Source of the DNA: a virus
Taxonomy: Duplodnaviria > Caudoviricetes
Virus record (IMG/VR): IMGVR_UViG_3300010398_000013
Coordinates: 1-54,249 of that record
DNA length: 54,249 bases
Strand: one strand, 5' to 3'
Part shown: positions 1 to 8,029 of the stretch, piece by piece
How positions within the stretch are numbered: position 1 is the first letter of the stretch
Layout of the letters: each line of letters begins with the position of its first letter
The notes under the pieces: generated by a model
Databases searched by the model: none
The model's input: only the letters and a program-made list of their open reading frames with translations
What the model was told of the DNA's origin: nothing
Position numbers and translations under genes: made by a program

Positions 1-666
1 GGCGGCGTCCGTTCCGGTGAAGCACGACGGCAGCAGACCGCTCGACCAGCCGAAGCAAAGACGAAGCAGAGGGCCCGCGGAAATGAAGCACAAGCCGCTG
101 AAACAGCAAGCAAAACTGAAGCAAATGCGAAGCAAAGACGAAGCAAAGACGAAGCAAACCTGAAGCAAACGGGAAGCAAAGGCGAAGCAAACGCGAAGCA
201 AACGGGAAGCAAAAGCGAAGCAGAGGGCCAAGCAAACGGGAAGCAAAACGAAGCTCTGCAGTCTGCATCTGCTTCTGCATCTGCTTCTGCTTCCCCTAGA
301 CCTGTATTTAATTCTTTCCCTCGAGTGGGTGGTAGACCTGGACGCGGCCCGACCGACGCGCCAACGGAATTTGAAATCAGCGAGCAGATGCGGGAATGGG
401 CAAATGCGGAAGGCTTTGACAATCCCACCATCGCTCAGGAAACCGCCATGATGCTGGATCACTTCCGCGGCAAAGGCCAGCGCCGGACGGACTGGGTGGC
501 GACGTGGCGGAACTGGTTGAGACGCGAACGCAAATACGGAGGTTCCGGAAATGGAAAGCAACGGCAGTACGAATCCCCCGCTCAAGCGCGCATGCGACGA
601 CAAGACGAAGCGGAGGCACGTGTGCTTGCAAAATTTGAAGCGGATGGAGGCGGCGTTCCGCACTGA
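1..666 (+). CDS. Phage replication initiator (lambda O/YdaU-like, DnaT-like C-terminus), 5'-partial
   Basis: Frame 1 is open from base 1 (GGVRSGEARR...) through the iteron block to TGA 666; C-terminal DHFRGKG..DWVATWRNWLRR motif typical of phage initiators. Confidence 0.75.
   Translation, partial: GGVRSGEARRQQTARPAEAKTKQRARGNEAQAAETASKTEANAKQRRSKDEANLKQTGSKGEANAKQTGSKSEAEGQANGKQNEALQSASASASASASPRPVFNSFPRVGGRPGRGPTDAPTEFEISEQMREWANAEGFDNPTIAQETAMMLDHFRGKGQRRTDWVATWRNWLRRERKYGGSGNGKQRQYESPAQARMRRQDEAEARVLAKFEADGGGVPH
52..317 (+). repeat. Replication-origin iterons inside the initiator gene
   Basis: GAAGCAAA-core repeats at 11-bp period (118,129,140,151,162,173,184,195,206,217), then inverted TGC(A/T)TC hexamers at ~265-293 and an AT-rich patch at 303-317. 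Confidence 0.8.
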
Positions 667-1135
667 ACTGAACGAGCGGGAACTGGAGATCTACGTGGAT
701 GCGCTCGAGACGACGCCGACGCTGGATCTGGTCGAGGCAGTGGCGGACGTGATCCGGACCTGGCGGCCGCAGTTCGGGGTGAACTTTCCGCCCATCTACG
801 ACGTGCTGGACGCGATCCAGGTCGTGCACGGCAGACGTTTACTGGAGAAAAAAACAGCCGTGATTCTCGAGCGGAACGACAAGCCACCGACATGGGAAGC
901 GTTGCGGGAGAAGGCCGGCGTCAGCCACGAGCAAGTCCAGGCGTGGCGGGAAGCGGGCAAGCAGGCCCAGCGCCAGCATATCGCCGAGCTGGAACGGGAC
1001 CCGGAGTGGCAATTGCTGTACGTGAAATTCGCTCAAGCCCGACGGGGGCGGCCTCGATTATCGACGGTGCCCGAGGAAGGGGACGAGCGCTCCCAATGGG
1101 CGAAAGACCAAGCGGAAAAGCAGGGATGGCGGTGA
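551..1135 (+). CDS. Putative helicase loader/replication protein (P-like position)
   Basis: GGAGG 8 nt upstream of ATG; overlaps initiator end; L..MEAAF...L...ELEIYVDAL...FPPI pattern. Confidence 0.55.
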   Translation: MESNGSTNPPLKRACDDKTKRRHVCLQNLKRMEAAFRTELNERELEIYVDALETTPTLDLVEAVADVIRTWRPQFGVNFPPIYDVLDAIQVVHGRRLLEKKTAVILERNDKPPTWEALREKAGVSHEQVQAWREAGKQAQRQHIAELERDPEWQLLYVKFAQARRGRPRLSTVPEEGDERSQWAKDQAEKQGWR

Positions 1136-1353
1136 ATGTGGATTCGGCGATGACCCTCGCCCGACAGATGCGCCGGTGCGAAGTGTGTGGGAAGTTTTTC
1201 GACGTGCCCTTGCTGCGCTCGGATAGCCGCGGGGTGCCGATGGTGCGGATTTCCGGTCCATGGGTCTGTTCTCGAGTGCACGAGACGGGCGAAGCGCGGC
1301 AGCTCGAATGGTCGCTGTTGGGGAACGTGTTCGCGAAAGGGCTCCGGCGATGA
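1132..1353 (+). CDS. Small zinc-finger protein
   Basis: GTGA overlap with upstream stop; CEVCGKFF...CS motif; ATGA coupling to next gene. Confidence 0.55.
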   Translation: MNVDSAMTLARQMRRCEVCGKFFDVPLLRSDSRGVPMVRISGPWVCSRVHETGEARQLEWSLLGNVFAKGLRR

Positions 1354-1688
1354 ATCGCGGATTATGGCCCAGCAGGAATAAATACCACGCCAAGCGCACC
1401 GAAGTCGATGGGCACTGGTTCGATTCCGACCGGGAAGCGAAACGCTATGGGGAATTGAAGCTGCTCGTTCGGGCCGGCATCATCTCGAATCTGGAGTTGC
1501 AGAAAAGCTACACCCTCGAGGTTCATGGCGTCTTGATCGCGACATACAAAGCGGATTTTGTGTACAAAGACCTCGAGGGCCGCCAGGTCGTGGAAGACGT
1601 GAAATCGCCCGCGACCCGGACCCGGGATTATATCCTCAAAGCGAAACTGATGCTGGCCTGCCACAACATCCGGATCGTGGAAGTCTAA
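1350..1688 (+). CDS. DUF1064 family PD-(D/E)XK endonuclease
   Basis: NKYHAKRT..DG..FDS..EA.RY..L...YKADFVY....VVEDVKS signature. Confidence 0.9.
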   Translation: MNRGLWPSRNKYHAKRTEVDGHWFDSDREAKRYGELKLLVRAGIISNLELQKSYTLEVHGVLIATYKADFVYKDLEGRQVVEDVKSPATRTRDYILKAKLMLACHNIRIVEV

Positions 1689-2992
1689 GAAGCGGTCCAA
1701 TCCCAGCCTTGCTCCAGACAATGGCGGGTGAACGGGGAGAGTCCGACCGAGAGTTCGGGGCCGCCGGTTTCCACCGCATGATCCATGGTGATGGACTTCG
1801 GCGGGCGTCCTGAGCGGAAGACCTCGACAACACCGTGGATCTGGAGGTCTTCGACGATGCGCTGGACGAGGAATTGGCTGCGGCCCCACTGTTTCAAGTG
1901 GAAGGCGAGATCGCGCAGTCCCAGGACCTCGGCGGGCGGGGTCAACTGGTGGAGGACCCGGACCAGTTCCGCGGCAAGGCGCGGGGTGGAGTCGAGGGCG
2001 ACTTTGGCGACGAGGGGCCAGCGCTCGGCCTCGCCGAGGCCGATGGCTTCCAGGCCGAGCGCGAGTTGGCCTAAAACCGTCGCCAGGCGCTGGGGCCGTT
2101 CGGCCTCCATGGCCTCGGCGACGCCCTCTAGCGAGTGCCGGACGGGGGAGCGGAGCCGGACGCTCAATGAGGCCATGGCGGTGAACCGCCGCTCTTCGGT
2201 GGGGGTCCAGTCCCGTTTCGGGCGGGGCGCCAGGGTGCGGAAAAAACCCGCGACCCGGCCCCGGAGGATGCGGTTCACCTCCAGTGGATCCTTGTTCTGG
2301 AGGGCGCGGGCGGTTTCGCCAAGCGAGTCGGAAGCGGGAAAGCGGAAGTAGAGCCAGCGTTCGCCGAGTTCCCGATTCAAGCGCTGGTGTCGATCGATGG
2401 CGGGGGTGGCGGCGCCTAAAAACGTCAGGTGCCCGAACGGCTCCCCGGCTTTCTGCGGTCCCCAGATCAGACGCCGGCCGCCGCCGCCGGCGATGGGCCG
2501 GACCCAGCGGCCGCCATAAATATCGCGGAAGGCGGCCAGGACCTGCTGGAGGGAAATGGCCGGGAGGGCGAGCATGCCGGCCATATCGGTCATGAGCAAG
2601 ATGCCGTTTAAGCCCAGTTCGCGCAGCAGACCTCCGGAACCCCCGGGCGGGGCGTCCTTGCGGAAGGTGCCGCTGAGCAAAGCGGCGGGACTGGCGATGG
2701 TGGAGACGATGCGGGCCGAGGGCAGGCCCGCCAACAATTCGAGCATCTGGGTTTTGCCGCAGGCCGAGGGTCCGACGAGGATCAACCAGACGGGATTGCC
2801 GGGGAGGCGATTGGCGGCGACAGCGCCGAGCGTCACCAGCAGCGGCGAGGGATCGGGCAAATACAGGTAGCGCCGGATTTCCGAGAGCAACCGATCCAGC
2901 CCCTGGGGGAGCTCGGGGGAAGCCGAGATGCTTCGCACTTTAGCGCTGAGGCGACATGGGGGGAGGATAGCGTCGATTGTTTTGGCTGTCAA
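1685..2992 (-). CDS. P-loop AAA+ ATPase, MCM-like (putative helicase/DNA-processing), C-terminal wHTH
   Basis: PVWLILVGPSACGKT Walker A, ILLMTD Walker B region, GERWL arginine finger, ERPQRL..L..LA lid. Confidence 0.75.
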   Translation of the reverse strand: MTAKTIDAILPPCRLSAKVRSISASPELPQGLDRLLSEIRRYLYLPDPSPLLVTLGAVAANRLPGNPVWLILVGPSACGKTQMLELLAGLPSARIVSTIASPAALLSGTFRKDAPPGGSGGLLRELGLNGILLMTDMAGMLALPAISLQQVLAAFRDIYGGRWVRPIAGGGGRRLIWGPQKAGEPFGHLTFLGAATPAIDRHQRLNRELGERWLYFRFPASDSLGETARALQNKDPLEVNRILRGRVAGFFRTLAPRPKRDWTPTEERRFTAMASLSVRLRSPVRHSLEGVAEAMEAERPQRLATVLGQLALGLEAIGLGEAERWPLVAKVALDSTPRLAAELVRVLHQLTPPAEVLGLRDLAFHLKQWGRSQFLVQRIVEDLQIHGVVEVFRSGRPPKSITMDHAVETGGPELSVGLSPFTRHCLEQGWDWTAS

Positions 2993-2993
2993 A

Positions 2994-3425
2994 TCAGCGT
3001 GATGGTTTGCGGGGAAGCCCGCGGCGGACCAGTTCGACGATGGCGCGGGAAAAACTGAGGCCTTCGGCCTGGCGGAAGCGCTCGACGTCTTCGCGGGTTT
3101 CTAAGGGCAGGCTGACGCCGACGACGACGTAGCTATGGTCGCGGCTGGAGCGGCCGCAACCGCAATCTTTGAGTTTGCGTTTGCCGGGAAAGCGGGAGGC
3201 CCAGAGGGCGATGGTTTTGCCGCAGAGGCAGGTCAGTTCCATCCAATCCAGGCGGTCTTCAATGCCGTCTTGGGCAAAGAGGCGCTTGCCGCAGGAGGTG
3301 AGGGTCAAACAGCCGAAGCGGTCGCCCTTGCGGAGAACGACCGACCAGCCGCCGGCTTGGATGACGCGGACGGAGTCCTCGGGCCAGAATTCGGTACGCG
3401 GTTCGGGCTGATAAAGGCGGGACAT
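2994..3425 (-). CDS. Zn-binding domain fused to ribbon-helix-helix DNA-binding domain
   Basis: GDRFGCLT..CLCG..DCGC plus C-terminal VGVSLP....VERF....GLSFSRAIVELVRRGL. Confidence 0.6.
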   Translation of the reverse strand: MSRLYQPEPRTEFWPEDSVRVIQAGGWSVVLRKGDRFGCLTLTSCGKRLFAQDGIEDRLDWMELTCLCGKTIALWASRFPGKRKLKDCGCGRSSRDHSYVVVGVSLPLETREDVERFRQAEGLSFSRAIVELVRRGLPRKPSR

Positions 3426-3462
3426 TTTCAAATTTATACCGGCGATTTCAAATGATTTTCAA
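3424..3462 (+). repeat. 39-bp AT-rich direct repeat, copy 1 (copy 2 at 4560-4598)
   Basis: attttcaaatttatacYggcgatttcaaRtgattttcaa, 37/39 identical. Confidence 0.9.
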
Positions 3463-3463
3463 T

Positions 3464-3691
3464 TTATACGGCGCTTTCTATTTTCGCTTTTTTCCGCTCA
3501 CGGTAGAGACGTTGCCGTACGGCCGCGGGCTTCTCGCTGCGCCCGGGCCGGCTCGTCCAGCTGTTCTTCCCGCCCTTTTTCCCGCCCAAGCGCGCGATCG
3601 CGGAACGTTCTTCGGCAGACAAGGCGAGTGCCCGCGCCTTGCCTCCCAAAGAACCGAGTTCCTGTGCGGCCTTATTCTTCTTTGCCTTCAA
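3464..3691 (-). CDS. Small basic KGG-repeat-like protein
   Basis: KNKAAQELGSLGGKARA..LSAEERSAIARLGGKKGG; TTG start. Confidence 0.7.
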   Translation of the reverse strand: MKAKKNKAAQELGSLGGKARALALSAEERSAIARLGGKKGGKNSWTSRPGRSEKPAAVRQRLYRERKKAKIESAV

Positions 3692-3711
3692 TGTCTTTAT
3701 CTCTCATCGTA
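3670..3711 (+). repeat. ~40-bp direct repeat, copy 1 (copy 2 at 3882-3920)
   Basis: ccttattct(tc t)ttgccttcaatgtctKtatctctcatcgta; one 3-bp indel and one substitution. Confidence 0.9.
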
Positions 3712-3869
3712 TTTTCAGGAGCAGGGCCCGCATCGCCGGGGATGCTGAGGATCGAGATACGGGTATAGCCGAGTGCCCAGACCTGTTTTTCGTACTCCTC
3801 CAGCGTGATCTCGCCGTTGCTCATCTTCAGATTCAAGATCGTCACTGCATCCGCTGGATCGTTCGTCAT
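3672..3869 (-). CDS. Hypothetical protein (SHOCT-like GEITLEEYE motif)
   Basis: AAGGAGG RBS upstream; 65 aa. Confidence 0.55.
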   Translation of the reverse strand: MTNDPADAVTILNLKMSNGEITLEEYEKQVWALGYTRISILSIPGDAGPAPENTMRDKDIEGKEE

Positions 3870-3881
3870 GCGGGGATTCCT

Positions 3882-3920
3882 CCTTATTCTTTGCCTTCAA
3901 TGTCTGTATCTCTCATCGTA
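3882..3920 (+). repeat. ~40-bp direct repeat, copy 2
   Basis: Matches 3670-3711. Confidence 0.9.
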
Positions 3921-4260
3921 AAAGCTCCCGCGCGGCCTGATCTTCCGAACGCAAATAGGCATCGTAATCTTGCTGCTCGGCGGGCAAAGCCTGAAAGATC
4001 TCATCCCGTCGGCGCGCGAATTGTTCGTACAGATCATCGAACGCTTTCGATTCCGGACGGACGACGGGTGAACCGTCACGGTAGCGCCACGATTCCGCCT
4101 CGCGATTGCTCACGATCCGCTGTGGTAACAGGGAGGTGATTTGCTGGGTCTGTTCTAAGCGCGCCACGCGCTTAGAGAGCCAGGCCGCGCATTCGGAGCG
4201 GCTAGCGGGCCCGTAGTACTCAAAATGAAAGGAACCGGGAATATTGATTGTGGCAAACAT
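3913..4260 (-). CDS. Hypothetical early protein
   Basis: TAATG coupling to upstream gene; 115 aa from MFATINIPG. Confidence 0.65.
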   Translation of the reverse strand: MFATINIPGSFHFEYYGPASRSECAAWLSKRVARLEQTQQITSLLPQRIVSNREAESWRYRDGSPVVRPESKAFDDLYEQFARRRDEIFQALPAEQQDYDAYLRSEDQAARELLR

Positions 4261-4463
4261 TAGCGTTCCCCCCATCCGTTGCTGCAGGTGCAACCGGATT
4301 TCTTGGCGCACAGTTTCTCTGCCACCCTGGCCATGCGCCGCCGTGCTTGGGAATCGCCCGTATAGGCGCGATATTCGATGGCTTCCATTTCTTCCGGCGT
4401 TAAACGGACGTGTGTGGACGTATTGTGAAAGCTGTTCTTGAGTCGTGTTATCTTTCGAGTCAT
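4260..4463 (-). CDS. Hypothetical early protein with C-terminal CxxxxCxC
   Basis: GGAGG RBS; NSFHNT...LCAKKSGCTCS. Confidence 0.7.
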   Translation of the reverse strand: MTRKITRLKNSFHNTSTHVRLTPEEMEAIEYRAYTGDSQARRRMARVAEKLCAKKSGCTCSNGWGER

Positions 4464-4494
4464 GGGTCTTGCCTCCATCTCTTTGTCATTATCG

Positions 4495-4523
4495 GTTTTA
4501 ACTTACTGCTAAGCTTATGTCAA
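4495..4523 (-). promoter_or_regulatory. sigma70-like early promoter
   Basis: TTGACA-17 nt-TAAAAC on minus strand upstream of the 4463 gene; imperfect -10. Confidence 0.5.
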
Positions 4524-4559
4524 GCGGCTTGCCGCTATGTCGGTCGGATTTATACTCGG

Positions 4560-4605
4560 ATTTTCAAATTTATACTGGCGATTTCAAGTGATTTTCAAAT
4601 CACTT
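4560..4605 (+). repeat. 39-bp direct repeat copy 2 with overlapping 9-bp inverted repeat
   Basis: Matches 3424-3462; AAGTGATTT-TC-AAATCACTT at 4586-4605. Confidence 0.85.
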
Positions 4606-4631
4606 CGTCCCACATTTTCGAGTCTTCCTGG

Positions 4632-4673
4632 AAAAAACGGGCCCGTTGTTCCGACGGGCCCGTTTTGTTTTTT
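4632..4673. terminator. Bidirectional intrinsic terminator
   Basis: AAAACGGGCCCGT/ACGGGCCCGTTTT stem with A-run before and T-run after. Confidence 0.85.
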
Positions 4674-4823
4674 AATTCTCGTAATCGCTTTCCACCCCGT
4701 CATTGGGCGAAATACACTCGAATCCCAGTTTGGCGCGGAGTTCCCAGGCGATCCGTAATTTCATTTCCAAAAACCATTCTTCATAGCCAGTGAATCCGGT
4801 GAATACCATGCGTTCCCTCCTGA

Positions 4824-5267
4824 TTACTCGTCTTTTGCTAACGTGCATGTCGGTCTGTGATAATCGTTAGCCCCGCATTCGCGGCATGTGTTCTGACCGT
4901 CGCAGTGTTCGTTTTCCACGTAGTTGTGTCGTGTCATGTAAGCGGATTCCATTTCCGCTACCAAAGCGGCAAGCATGGTGTCCCAGTCTGCAAATGTGCG
5001 ACGCTCTACGATTTTGCCTTTGTTGCCAATCAGGACATAGCCCTCGTAATCGCCATTGTCCTCGACATACTCGTTCGTTGTCTGGATCGTTACGATTTCC
5101 GGTGTTGATTCTTCACTCACCCAGCCGCGGACAGCGTTGTACAACTCTTCTAAACTTCCGAATACGTGTACGCCGTGATCCAGATTACCTGCGCTTGTCT
5201 CGCTTCGATGCTTTCCTAACTTCAGTCCAGCTGGCTGTACTCGGTAAACGATCCTTTTGTTGATCAT
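4824..5267 (-). CDS. Hypothetical early protein, possible ADP-ribosyltransferase-like fold plus Zn finger
   Basis: AGGAG RBS; VYRVQ...GVHVF.SLEEL...DYEG; C-terminal CRECG...C. Confidence 0.6.
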   Translation of the reverse strand: MINKRIVYRVQPAGLKLGKHRSETSAGNLDHGVHVFGSLEELYNAVRGWVSEESTPEIVTIQTTNEYVEDNGDYEGYVLIGNKGKIVERRTFADWDTMLAALVAEMESAYMTRHNYVENEHCDGQNTCRECGANDYHRPTCTLAKDE

Positions 5268-5286
5268 TTCGTCTCCTATTGTTTGT

Positions 5287-6063
5287 TTAAAGTGTGATCA
5301 CAAAGCCGTTCTCTGCCCGACGTGCGGCGCCCTTTGCCTTTAACCCGACGACCACCCCGGCCGGATCCAAGAAACGCAAATCCGTTTCATCGCCGTTGAC
5401 CACCCTCCGATTGCGGTAGGAGCTCGGAAATTCGGCCGGCGATTTCACGCCAAATACGGCCGCGATGTTTTTGCCGTGCGCTTGCCAGATACCGGCGTCG
5501 CGCCGGTTTTTCAGAGTTTCTGCTAGCGAAAAGGTCAAGTGGTAATTCGGGATATCGTGTCGACGGAGGGTATAGGGTGCTTTCGTGTAGTCGTAAAATT
5601 GTTCGGTCGGAAATGCCGCGAAGATGTGCGGATAACGAACGCCAGCACGCTTCACAGGAATCTTTTCCCAGACCTGGTCACTGGTACCGTTCAACCGGAA
5701 TACGGGAGTCAAACGCTTGCGCAGTGCGTAGCGTATGCCTTTTTCGATATCGCGAACCAGCAAGGCTAAGAACGTCTCGCGATCGGTCCGGAATAAGCGT
5801 GTGCGTCGGATCCGTGCGTCTTGTACCGCGTTTGTTTCTTCGCCTGGCTTGAAAATCCCACCGTGCCCTGCGGTATTCAGACAGAGCGCTTCACATTCCG
5901 GAGTACTCCATGGGCACATGTTGTAGCCGGACCGTTTCGCCGGCGCCAAGTGCAGAATGAAGGTGAAATGCTGTTGTTTCTCCGACTTTGCCGTTTTGGG
6001 ATTACTAGAACCTAAGGTGAGTAACTGAAATGGTTTCTTCTGTGGTAAATTCTGAGTTGACAT
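5287..6063 (-). CDS. GP88-like phage protein (Cys-cluster, radical-SAM-like)
   Basis: LAPA..SG.N.CP.....C...CL.TAG.G, RLNGTSD, FYDYTK, NYHLTFS, NGD.TDLRF.DP..VVGL.AKG. Confidence 0.85.
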   Translation of the reverse strand: MSTQNLPQKKPFQLLTLGSSNPKTAKSEKQQHFTFILHLAPAKRSGYNMCPWSTPECEALCLNTAGHGGIFKPGEETNAVQDARIRRTRLFRTDRETFLALLVRDIEKGIRYALRKRLTPVFRLNGTSDQVWEKIPVKRAGVRYPHIFAAFPTEQFYDYTKAPYTLRRHDIPNYHLTFSLAETLKNRRDAGIWQAHGKNIAAVFGVKSPAEFPSSYRNRRVVNGDETDLRFLDPAGVVVGLKAKGAARRAENGFVITL

Positions 6064-6145
6064 TCGTTTCCTTTCGTGATGGTTAGGTTTCGAGTGATCA
6101 ATGGGCTCTCCTCGGGTGCAACCGACGAGAGCCCGCGTTATTTAC

Positions 6146-6343
6146 TCAAGTGATCGGCCACAATGCGCCGCTTGAAAGTTCTTTGTAGTCGCGATTCTCA
6201 CGAAATTGCCGCCGTAAGAACTTCAGAGCGATCCGTGCTCGTTGACAATGTCTCCGGTGTTCATGGTCCGAACGCAGTTTCCAAGGGCATGTGGATTCGT
6301 TGTAAATGTGGCAAAGTGTGCTGACGTCCCATTTCGTTTTCAT
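6146..6343 (-). CDS. Hypothetical early protein
   Basis: AGGAG RBS, 65 aa. Confidence 0.55.
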   Translation of the reverse strand: MKTKWDVSTLCHIYNESTCPWKLRSDHEHRRHCQRARIALKFLRRQFRENRDYKELSSGALWPIT

Positions 6344-6460
6344 TGAAGTCTCCTATCGGGTGTAGACCAGATACGCCAAAACCAAGTGTTGAATCATGGC
6401 CGCGATGATGAACGCATAAGCAAAGATCGGTCTGACTTTCATGTGTTTGTCCTTCCTTCT

Positions 6461-6688
6461 CTACCAGTCAAAATGCGTGCAGACACCATTGGCGGCTGCA
6501 CACGCGCTGAAATCATGTCGGCGTATCGCTTGCAGCTGCTGTGCCTCCATCTCGCGCTTCGCTTGGCCCCATCCCTGCCGTGGCGCTGCTCCTGCCTTCA
6601 ATTCACTACAGCGCGGGCAGCCCTCTTGTCGGCGCCCAAACACCACGGCATGGTTATGTTTCGTGTTCGTCTCTTGGGTTCTGTTCAT
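6461..6688 (-). CDS. Small Cys/His-rich early protein
   Basis: GAGGAG RBS; CPRC...HDFSAC....VCTHFDW. Confidence 0.7.
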   Translation of the reverse strand: MNRTQETNTKHNHAVVFGRRQEGCPRCSELKAGAAPRQGWGQAKREMEAQQLQAIRRHDFSACAAANGVCTHFDW

Positions 6689-6720
6689 GTCTCTATCTCC
6701 TCTACTTAAACTTGACGATA

Positions 6721-6749
6721 AGAATATGTCACGCGCCCGCAGATGTCAA
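6721..6749 (-). promoter_or_regulatory. Strong sigma70 early promoter
   Basis: TTGACA-17 nt-TATTCT with upstream A-rich UP-like tract (6752-6763). Confidence 0.8.
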
Positions 6750-7364
6750 GCTTTTTTATTATTAAGCTGGCAACCAGCGTAACGCGTTTATTCTCAGGCC
6801 TCCGGAAATGAGCGCATTTCCCACCTGGCGGACTCCGGTTGGCTACTCACTCTCTTGCAGCGCTTTTCCCTCGAGAGCTCCGCTACGATCGGGCCCAGCG
6901 CTTCACTTCCGGACTCCCTGGCCTGGCTGCCGGCTTCTCTCGCTTCGCTTGCGGGGACTCGCCAAGCACACGGACTCAAGCGTATCCTGCTGGCGAGGTA
7001 TCTTGCAGTATACTGCTGCTGCCGAATGTATCGTTGTGCGACATAGTGCGCTCGATTGTGCCATTGTTAACATAATACCCCAACTGGGAACTTCCGATTA
7101 TCAGCACTGTATCTTGTAGCCTCAAGCTGCACTCCATACTAGGCTACCTCGCTTGCCTATGTATCGGCGACCGATCGTTTCCGCGGTTCCCGTTGTCCCC
7201 ATCCCCGCCTCATTGTCCGAGGGGGGTGGGCGGGGAATGTGCGCGCTGGCTCGAACCAACGACGGATTATTTTTTCGTCGGCGGCTCCAGCCAACGGCGT
7301 GCGATTTTTGCTGGCGTCGCTTTTTTTGGGGAGGGTTTTTTTGGGGAGGGGAGGGGGTTGAGCC

Positions 7365-7529
7365 TCAGACGCGAGGGTCGAATCGGCGGCGGCGTTCGCG
7401 TTCGCGTCGGGTTTGGCGCTGCCACACGCGTCCAAAGATGCGGAGGAACAGGAGGGCATCGCGAATCCAGAGTCGCCAGAGGACGAGGACGGCCAGCATC
7501 GCGAAGGCGCCTTCAAGCAGACACTTCAT
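7365..7529 (-). CDS. Small membrane protein, 54 aa (not in ORF track)
   Basis: AAAGGA RBS; MKCLLEGAFAMLAVLVLWRLW...RRERERRRRFDPRV. Confidence 0.55.
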   Translation of the reverse strand: MKCLLEGAFAMLAVLVLWRLWIRDALLFLRIFGRVWQRQTRRERERRRRFDPRV

Positions 7530-7712
7530 GGGAGTTCCTTTTCATCGGGAGGCTCCCGTTCCCGGATGCTTAGGGAACCGGGATCAGGAGGCCGAAATCG
7601 GGGAGGAGGGGTCGTCAGTGACGTCGGTGAAGGGTAGCATACAAGGGAAGGGTTTCTCAAAGGGAAGCGGGTTCCGGGGGTCGAGGGAGAGGGGATCCGC
7701 ACCCGGGCGTGA

Positions 7713-7949
7713 CTAGAAGAGTTCCTTCGTCGTCGTGAAATTGTACTTATCGATCTTCACGACCTTCGCTAACTGCTCTTCTAAATCTCGAAGTGCTTCG
7801 ATAACACTCAGGCCACGGCCTTCCATAACCGTTCGAGCATCCTCAGTGTTGAACGTTGCAGAGTACCCATCGACGACATAGATGATCGTGATGTCCTGAT
7901 GCAGCCCAAGCAGTCGATCACAATTCGGTGTGACTCCAGGTGTTCTCAT
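7713..7949 (-). CDS. Hypothetical protein
   Basis: 78 aa ORF with globular composition. Confidence 0.5.
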   Translation of the reverse strand: MRTPGVTPNCDRLLGLHQDITIIYVVDGYSATFNTEDARTVMEGRGLSVIEALRDLEEQLAKVVKIDKYNFTTTKELF

Positions 7950-7974
7950 GCAAGAAGTATAGCGTAGTGCGGAC

Positions 7975-8003
7975 TTGCGCGGTGTATAGTTTTGCTATAC
8001 CAT
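7975..8003 (+). promoter_or_regulatory. Promoter with overlapping palindromic operator
   Basis: TTGCGC-17-TACCAT; GTATAG-N5-CTATAC at 7984-8000. Confidence 0.7.
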
Positions 8004-8029
8004 CGGTGCGGGGGGAAGAAGGATCCACG

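Noticed and set aside
52-293. Short periodic repeats as a CRISPR array
   Set aside because: 11-bp period with no unique spacers, inside an open reading frame, no cas operon; fits iterons.
6780-7150. tRNA or known ncRNA in the long intergenic region
   Set aside because: No cloverleaf, T-loop or other recognisable family signature seen by eye; a tRNAscan/Rfam run would be decisive.
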